DNA of 64,000 nucleotides from Azolla caroliniana. Its lineage: Eukaryota; Plantae; Polypodiophyta. The notes under the pieces were generated by a model. The model was not told the origin of the DNA, made no database searches, and saw only the letters and a program-made list of their open reading frames with translations. This document shows positions 51,834-64,000 of the stretch, piece after piece (position 1 is the stretch's first letter; every line of letters starts with the position of its first letter). Location of the stretch: assembly GCA_043228905.1 (NCBI GenBank), contig JBHGNT010000020.1, positions 10,168,001 through 10,232,000 on the forward strand, written 5' to 3'. Position numbers and translations under genes: made by a program.

Positions 51834-54300
51834 CCTCTCTTTATTTCGTCATTTGCATCATCATCTTCACCATCCTCCCTTGCCACTTGTTTTATGCAAT
51901 GTCTGCATTTTGGGTAGTCATCCTCCCTTGCCACTTGTTTTATGTTGGGGTCACCAAATACGCGTGTGCTTTAATGTGAGGGGGCAACTGGGATGTGAAC
52001 CAAATAGAGAGGATGGGTTGACTAGAGTCATCATCTTTGAACCTTGTAATAGTTTTGCTCTCGATGATTGTGTATGTTTGAAGATGTATGTGTGATGCCT
52101 ATGATTATATATGTTCAAGACGTGAGTATTTGTAAGTGCAAGCTTGGTAAGATAGAGTATGCATATAATTAATTTCCTTATAATTAACTTGTACTTATAT
52201 ATATGTATGTTTTTACACGTTTTTATAAGTATATATATATATATATATATATTATATTTATATTTATATTTAAGTGTATAGGTTTGAGGGCACATGCATA
52301 CGTTGTGTGTGCGGATAATTTGTCTTTAGAGTGCATTTTTGTGGATGAGTACATGTAGGTACAAGTATTTGAATGTAAGGGGTGAAATGCAACTTTAACC
52401 TAGAGCTCATTAGGTCTCCTCGAAATGTGTTGAGGCACAACCATTGTTGGGAGATTGATATTTGGGTCCTTGGATGAGATTTGTACTCTTCAAGCTTGTT
52501 GCCACAAAGATTACAAACATGTTTTTTGTTGAAATATTATTTGGGATTGCTCATGTTGTTCTTGTGCCTTCTCAACATTGACTTGTTGCCATATCCCTAA
52601 GTAGCTAGAACTATTATTTGTGCTCTAGTGTAATAAATTTGGTTGTTATACACTTTAGATATGGCAAAACACATGTGTATGCTTTTGGATTAACAAACTC
52701 CACGACAATGAGAAGGCTCAAGATTCGCCAAACTAAAGGACTTTCACTCAAACTATCAAGGTTGAAACAATAAATAATACTTATTTGAAGAGGAAACAAG
52801 TAAATGAATCTTTATTGTATGTCCAATAAGCATAAGAATATAAGAGCAATTTTGAACGCATTCATTGAAACCTTGCATTGAACCGTAATGGTTTGACAAT
52901 ATTGGAACCTCCCTATATATAGTACCCCTACTATGCATCCTAATTTTCATGTATGTTCCCCACTTTGCTATTAGCTAAAACTCTACAATAATTATCATGC
53001 TAAATGTTATAACGATTAATGCCAAAGTAATAAAGATATAACCATTGGCCATTGATTAAGATTTAAAGCATGTGTCAAGGTCATAGGAACAACTTCCCTA
53101 CGTGTTTATGACCATGAAAATAGGGTTAGAACATGTGCATGTCAATTTCAAAGAAATACTTGTATCTAATGGAGATTAAGTGCATTGGAGCACCACCTTT
53201 CTTGTGCTCAATCAACATGTCTGAGAAAAAACAAAAAAATTTATACCCTTGTATATCACCATATCCACATGTATTTGGTGACGGATTACGTACATTGGAT
53301 CATGGTTTTCTTGTGGTATGGGTAATACACAGATTAAGTGATGTGTGCATGAGATCAAAAGGCCCACCTATATGTGAAACAAGTACAAGGGAGCATGAAC
53401 CTCATGTTCCAAAGAACTAGTTAAAAGGATGTGAATGTCATATAAGAAGTCTTGCATTTAAAATTCATTGCCGTACAATGAAAGTAGTAAGTACACTGAA
53501 AAAAATGGCTCCATTGCACCAAACAAGTGTAGGAGATGTGTATCTAATCAAAAGCTTCATACTTCCATATCCACCTATATATAGCATGGGACTCTTTGTG
53601 GTTACGAATGTGGAAATTTATTTATTTTAGTTTATTAACACCGTCTTTCCATTTTTTGGGATGGCAAACTACTTTTATGCCTTAATCAAAAGTAAAATTA
53701 GTTATAAGAGAAGAAGTAACATCAAAGTTATGCCACAAGCTAGAACCCCCATTGTTAATGTTGAAATGTGTTAATTTTACCACCACCGTTGTGTTATTCT
53801 TTCAAATCTTCGAATTTTATTCCAATCAACATAATTATGATAAAAAAAGGCCATGCATTTGCGTTGTGATTTTCGCACACAATGAATCATCGTCATCCTC
53901 CAATATGAAATAGCAACTCTAGGTTCCATCTCTCGATTGATCTCATAGGCTACTTTGGGCTATCGAGAGATGTTATATATTCTTTCTTTCAGTCTCTCTT
54001 TTCATGCATACAAACATTTATTGACTATTTTCGAGGCCAACGCGTGTGTTAAAAAAGTATTTGTATCGTAAATAAAGGCTTATTTACATAGATTGTTGCC
54101 ATGACAATTGAAAGGGTAATTTCTAAGCAAGTGTGGATTGAAAAGCTGGAGTGACATCAACTTTTCGAGCGATAAAAGAACTCACATAAGGGTGTACCAA
54201 AAATTGCCAAAAATCAAACCAACCTCACTAAAGGCATGCCATGTGTGGGCACACCTCTGTATCATACATCATCAGACAATAAACACATTCATATTTCGTT

Positions 54301-54337
<37 letters not shown>

Positions 54338-54438
54338 ATCCACCAAAATGAATTTGTAGAATTCCCGATATGTAACATCAACTTGATGATCCCCACACAC
54401 TAACTAAACACTAACTTTTAAGAGGCACCTTTTTTGGT

Positions 54439-54543
54439 AAGGAAATCAAGTGGACATTACTTGTGTCTCGAAGGAAATGAGGACATCAATCATTGCATGA
54501 TGGGTTACGAGTTTGCAGATGATTCTCCAAGCTTTATCAAGAG

Positions 54544-54584
<41 letters not shown>

Positions 54585-54713
54585 AACGAAGATGGAACCA
54601 TGGCCAACTCTTGATAAAGCTCGGAGAATCGTCTGGAAACTCGTAACCCATCATGCAATGATTGATGTTCTCATTTTCTTCGAGACACTAGGAAATGTCC
54701 GCTTGATTTCCTT
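54439..54713. repeat. Long inverted repeat (~105-bp arms, microsatellite loop); candidate hairpin RNA
   Basis: Arms 54439-54543 and 54608-54713 are ~90% complementary; the loop contains (CT)n(CA)n. Confidence 0.9.
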
Positions 54714-55269
54714 GTGGGGGGCTCTCTTTCTGTGTTCTACGGTATTAAGAACGATGGATGCGATCACGGCTTCTTCTTTTTGCTCGGGCCGGGCGTATCC
54801 CATGATTCGGAATTCCCATATGATTCCCATGGGAAGAAGAGGCAAGGTGTGAAATGGGCCTCCCACAAGATTCCACTCTCTCTTCTATCCAATTTTTTTC
54901 ATGTCTTTTGGAGGAAGAAATCTATGAAAGAAGGAAGAAGAAGAAGAAGAAGAAGGAGACATAACAGAAATTTATTTATTTATTTATTTATATATTTATT
55001 ATTTATTATTATTCAAGTCTTATTCTTCTCTCTCTGTTTCTTTCTCTTCTTCCCCTGTTCCTCTGCCTCTGCCTCTGCCTCTGTGTCTGTCTCTTGTTTC
55101 TCTCGATTCATCTGATCTTACCCATCTCTCTCTGTTCTCGCTTCCCCTCTGTTTGTCTGCTGATCCGATCCGAGGCTTCACTACCCTAACTCTGATCAGA
55201 AAAGAAGAAGAAAAGAAGAAGGCAAAGAACAACAAGAAGAACAGGAATTTCTGAGCGAGAGAGCGAGAG

Positions 55270-59884
<4,615 letters not shown>

Positions 59885-60309
59885 ACTTTGGAGTTCAGAT
59901 ATGTGCATGTATGAAATCGTTATCACAGAGCAACAAACTCAAGTTTCTTCATTATGGAGGAAGAACTTGCAGTGATTTGTTTGGTTGTAGTGAATGAATG
60001 ACAAAATTATGATTTTATATTATAATCCTTGTGTCAAAAAAGTATATCAGGTACATTCTATCGTATTGTATAAAAGATTCATATTAAAGTTTCCATTGTA
60101 AGCTCTGTTATTGCTTTGAATACGATACAGTAATTCTTATCTTTGTTATGTATTTAGTAGCTTTTGTATGCACAAAAAAATTGAATTAAGAGGACAAGGA
60201 AATTAATGCATGAAATCCATGTTAATCAAATGGCATATTGTGGAACACTGCTTGGCCCTTTGTCTCTAGATTCTAAGGATGAATCAACTCTAATACGTAT
60301 GGGTCTTCA

Positions 60310-61410
60310 TGGATTGTTTACCCTCCAAACTTGCTCGTTTCAACAGTAAAGAGTTTCTAATTGATGTCTGATCATGACAAAGCTGGAGGGGATTGAGTAA
60401 ATGGGCATTGTCTACCCTCTAAGCTTTTTAGTTTCAACAGTAAAGCGTTTCTAATTAATGTCTGCTCAAGATACAGCTGGAGGGAATTGAATAAAGGGGA
60501 TTCTGTTACCTTACATCTAAAGAAAAATATATATAAATTCAGTGTCCACTGAATACTTCCATGTGGTCCCTAGTATCTGTCAACAACTATTCTAAATATA
60601 GTTTCCTGTGAAGAAAAGTAATAGGAGGTATTGTATGCAAGTGAGATGAGAAAGTTTGTTCGTAGAGAGTTTTGGTATAAGCATGTTCAAGAAATCCCTT
60701 GATCTCCCTACAATATTGATCCATACTCTATGAATACACCGATACTCTCTGGTTTTGATTTTTCTCGCAATGTCATAACTTCAAACCAGGTTTGATCAGT
60801 AAAAATGCATGGTGGCAAAAAAAATTAATATGACGTATTGTATGCAAGCAAGGTGAGAAAATTTGTTCAACAAGAGATTGGGTATAAACATGCTTGTGGA
60901 TCCACTTTATCGCCTTATGACACTCTACTCTGTAAATACCCCCTATGATACTCTACTCTATAAATACCCCCTACGATACGCTACTCTATAAATGCCCCCG
61001 ATACTTCCGGTTTTGCTTTGTCTCATAATGTCATAGCTCCAACCCAGATTTGATCAGTAAAAGGCATGGAAAACCTTGATGTCAAATGAAAGATATAAGT
61101 CATTGCATCCAGAAAGTTCAGAGAGTTTCAATTGAAAACCCTTTGTGCGAGGAACATAAACTATGGTAATTATTCAGAATCAATGTTAGTTAGGGTAATG
61201 AAAGTGTTCCAAAACTGTCTCATGCTTGCTTCCAAAGTGAGGAATGTTAAAAACGGTCATTATTCAGAAGCAATGTTCGTTAAGCTAATGAAATGCTCCA
61301 AAACTGTCATGCTTGCTTCCAAAGCAAAGGAAGTTAAAACAGTAATTATTCGGAAGCAATGCTAGTTAAGCTAATGAAAGTGTTCCAAAACTGTCTCATG
61401 CTTCCAAACT
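60310..61410. repeat. Cluster of degenerate local tandem repeats (~90-bp, ~210-bp and ~28-bp units) between RAB5 and PPR
   Basis: TTTCAACAGTAAAG..TTTCTAATT x2; GTATTGTATGCAAG..GAGAAA x2; TACTCTATAAATACCCCC x3; TATTCAGAAGCAATG..CCAAAACTGTC x3. Confidence 0.8.
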
Positions 61411-61797
61411 AGGGTTTAGGGTTCCAAAACATTCATCACTATTAGACAATGGAAAAAGGTATCTACCAATTACAGCTCTCACTAATTTGATCTTTTATCT
61501 CTAATAATATAAGAATATTTTGTTCACACATGTGATGTGTTTTTTTTCCATATTTCATGTTTTTTGGGCAGTGTGGCTTAATAATCAAGTCCAACCAAAT
61601 GAAACTAATAAGCTTTTTTGGTAGGGATCAGCCTCTGCCCATTTTCAGAGATTGCAAGCCTTTTGTCACAAGTGAACATTAAATTCAAGTAAATCCCCTG
61701 CATGGGTGTTTGAGATTTTCGTTGGTTGATAATGGGATTGATAACACCCAGACATGACCACCAATGTCTATGCTTTTAGTGGCAGGTGAAATGTCCC

Positions 61798-63879
61798 TCA
61801 TGATTGTATTGTGTCAGATCCTTTGCATATGCTTGACATGAGCAGCATATATCCAGCAGCATCACCAGGATCCATCTCTTGCAATTCATAAAAGCAATTC
61901 CTTCCCAGCCTCACATTCCCGTAGGCCACACATCCGGTCAATAAAGCTTTCCACCCTGTTATATCTGGTAAGGTTGGTATGCTTGTAATCATGTCTTTAG
62001 CTTCATCTAAGCATCCACCACGACAAAGAAGATCAATTATAACATTGAAGTGACTTTGATTAGGCCCTATTTCCTTGAATTTCCTTACTGTAGAACTAAA
62101 GAATTGATGACCTTCTTCCAAAAGCCCAGCTCGAGTATATGCTGTGAGCACTGAGGTTAAAATAACTTTATCTGGCTCAATGCCTTCTTCTTGCATATCT
62201 TCGAGAGATGCTTCTACTTGAGAATGCATACCAGAATGAACATAAGCTCCAATCAAAGCACTCCATGATACTATATTTCTCTCTGGTAACATTTGAAACA
62301 CTCTGTGCGTGGCTTCTGGCTTCTCACATTTTGCATACATGTCAACAAGTGTGCTTCCCACAACAACATCTAATGCAATACCACATCTGATTATTTTATC
62401 ATGAATAAGTTTACTATGCCTGCATGCTCCTATGCTACTGCATGCCCTCATAAGATTGAGGAAAATGACTCTATTCGGGACAATGCCGCTTTCTTGCATC
62501 TTATCGAAAAGACAAAGTGCGCCAAGGTTTTGTTCATGTTCAACATATGCTCCGATGATTGCACCCCATGATACAACATTTTGATGTGACAAGCTTTCAA
62601 AGGCATAGTAAGCATCCTCAAGACAACCACACTTAGCATACATATCAACCAGAGTCGTGCCTACATTTATATCTGATTCATACCCATATTGAACAGCATG
62701 ATAGTGCACAAATCGTCCATCATTCACGGCTTCTATATTACCACAAGCTTTCAAGCCACTTACCAGTATCACTTTGCTAGGCATTAATAATCCTTCACTC
62801 ACCTTTTTATAGAGTTCCAATGCAACCGAACTAAGTCCATCACACTTTGCATATCCTGAGATCATCACACCCCAAGATACAACATCCTGACAATTCCGCA
62901 ATTTGTCAAAAATGTCTCTTGCATCTTCTAGGCTCACACATTTTGCATACATATCCATAACAGTATTGCAGATAACAATATCATAATCTAGCTCCAATTC
63001 CATGATATGTGCATGAATGAGCCTTCCCTGTACCAACATGTCTAAATTACTACATGCTTTTAGCAGGCTTAGGATAAGAACCTTGTTTGCCTCAATTCCC
63101 TGATGATGAAGAAGCATCTTATTGTATAGATCAAGTGCTCTTTCTGACTCGCCGAGATCTGCATGGCCTGCGATGATGGCTGTCCATGTGTATATGGATG
63201 GTTCCTTAATCTTGTCAAACACTTGGTTTGCTTCCTGTAGACTACAACATACTACAAAAAGCCGAATGAGGTAATCAGCCAAGAAAGCATTAGAATCAAG
63301 GTGAGAAATGACCATAAGTGAGTAAACATATCTTCCTCCAACAATATCTCTAGTTTTCAAACAACCTTGAAGAAAACATAAAATGATGTTCTTTGATATA
63401 GGAATACCCTGTTTGCCCATGAGATCTGATGCTTGGAATGTTCCCATGATACCTTCAGAAGAGCATGCTTTCAAGATGCATATAGACATGAACTTACTTG
63501 GTTCTTCCATTTTTTCATACAATTCAAGAGCTTTCTTAGCGTCACCGATGCAAACATGGGCAAAAACAATAGCATTCCATGTTTGAATTGTCTTAGGTTT
63601 TATGCCAGAAAACAACGCATTAGCATCTATAATGCTTCCACAGAGAGCATATGCTCTGATAAAATGTGCATCTAGAGATGGGTCTGAATGGCCATACCTA
63701 GACATGAGAGTATACATTTCCTTTGCAGATTGTAAATCCTTGACTTTTGAGCATTCTTGGAGAAGAGAATGCAATGTCTCTTGGGTTAAAGAAGAACCTC
63801 CTCCTTGATCAAGCAGAAAATGGTGGGCGATCTTGATGGCATCATGAAGCCCTGTGGTCTTCTTCGTCTTGAAGTTCAT
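61798..63879 (-). CDS. PLS-class pentatricopeptide repeat protein ending in E1/partial E2 (no DYW)
   Basis: Intronless 693-aa ORF with repeated P-L-S motifs (VVSWxAxIxAY, LVDMYAKCGxLEDA, LLKAC). C-terminal HFNVIIDLLCRGGCLDEA..WKALLTGC..GNV.LG..CF...DP.DAAGYML. Confidence 0.93.
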   Translation of the reverse strand: MNFKTKKTTGLHDAIKIAHHFLLDQGGGSSLTQETLHSLLQECSKVKDLQSAKEMYTLMSRYGHSDPSLDAHFIRAYALCGSIIDANALFSGIKPKTIQTWNAIVFAHVCIGDAKKALELYEKMEEPSKFMSICILKACSSEGIMGTFQASDLMGKQGIPISKNIILCFLQGCLKTRDIVGGRYVYSLMVISHLDSNAFLADYLIRLFVVCCSLQEANQVFDKIKEPSIYTWTAIIAGHADLGESERALDLYNKMLLHHQGIEANKVLILSLLKACSNLDMLVQGRLIHAHIMELELDYDIVICNTVMDMYAKCVSLEDARDIFDKLRNCQDVVSWGVMISGYAKCDGLSSVALELYKKVSEGLLMPSKVILVSGLKACGNIEAVNDGRFVHYHAVQYGYESDINVGTTLVDMYAKCGCLEDAYYAFESLSHQNVVSWGAIIGAYVEHEQNLGALCLFDKMQESGIVPNRVIFLNLMRACSSIGACRHSKLIHDKIIRCGIALDVVVGSTLVDMYAKCEKPEATHRVFQMLPERNIVSWSALIGAYVHSGMHSQVEASLEDMQEEGIEPDKVILTSVLTAYTRAGLLEEGHQFFSSTVRKFKEIGPNQSHFNVIIDLLCRGGCLDEAKDMITSIPTLPDITGWKALLTGCVAYGNVRLGRNCFYELQEMDPGDAAGYMLLMSSICKGSDTIQS

Positions 63880-64000
63880 TCAAAAGATGCCATTAACGTA
63901 AAACACAGGGGTAATAAATACTGACCAAATCATGATAAATTTGCCACATTTAGCCATCAAGATAAATAAAAAGCAAAAAACAAAACACTACCCAAATCGT

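Noticed and set aside
61130-61410. Regularly spaced repeats suggestive of a CRISPR array
   Set aside because: Whole ~90-bp units are degenerate copies with no unique spacers; the context is eukaryotic with no cas genes.

Overview
AT-rich eukaryotic nuclear DNA from a land plant, most likely a fern or another lineage with flagellated sperm (inferred from the PPR type and a cilia-family coiled-coil gene; not proven). Seven intact protein-coding genes can be spliced by hand with GT-AG introns. They are an IST1-like ESCRT-III regulator (-), chloroplast ATP synthase delta ATPD (+), a GRAM-domain GEM-like protein (-), a divergent CCDC151/ODAD3 (outer-dynein-arm docking complex)-like coiled-coil gene (+), a cluster-I diacylglycerol kinase (-), a Rab5/RABF2 GTPase (+) and a PLS-class PPR protein (-). 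Positions ~34-52 kb are a transposon graveyard. It holds a truncated Ty3/gypsy-type element with a tRNA-Trp primer-binding site and a Ty1/copia element with both LTRs, whose centre is replaced by the inverted 3' half of a second copia; that copia sits inside an older gypsy gag. Also present are hAT-like and Mutator-like MITEs, hairpins, microsatellites and several ~98-99% identical local tandem duplications. The best leads are the ODA-docking-complex-like gene in a lineage thought to lack outer dynein arms, a long hairpin upstream of RAB5, and copia elements with a duplicated PPT and an in-frame RNase H tail. All family calls are by eye, without database searches.
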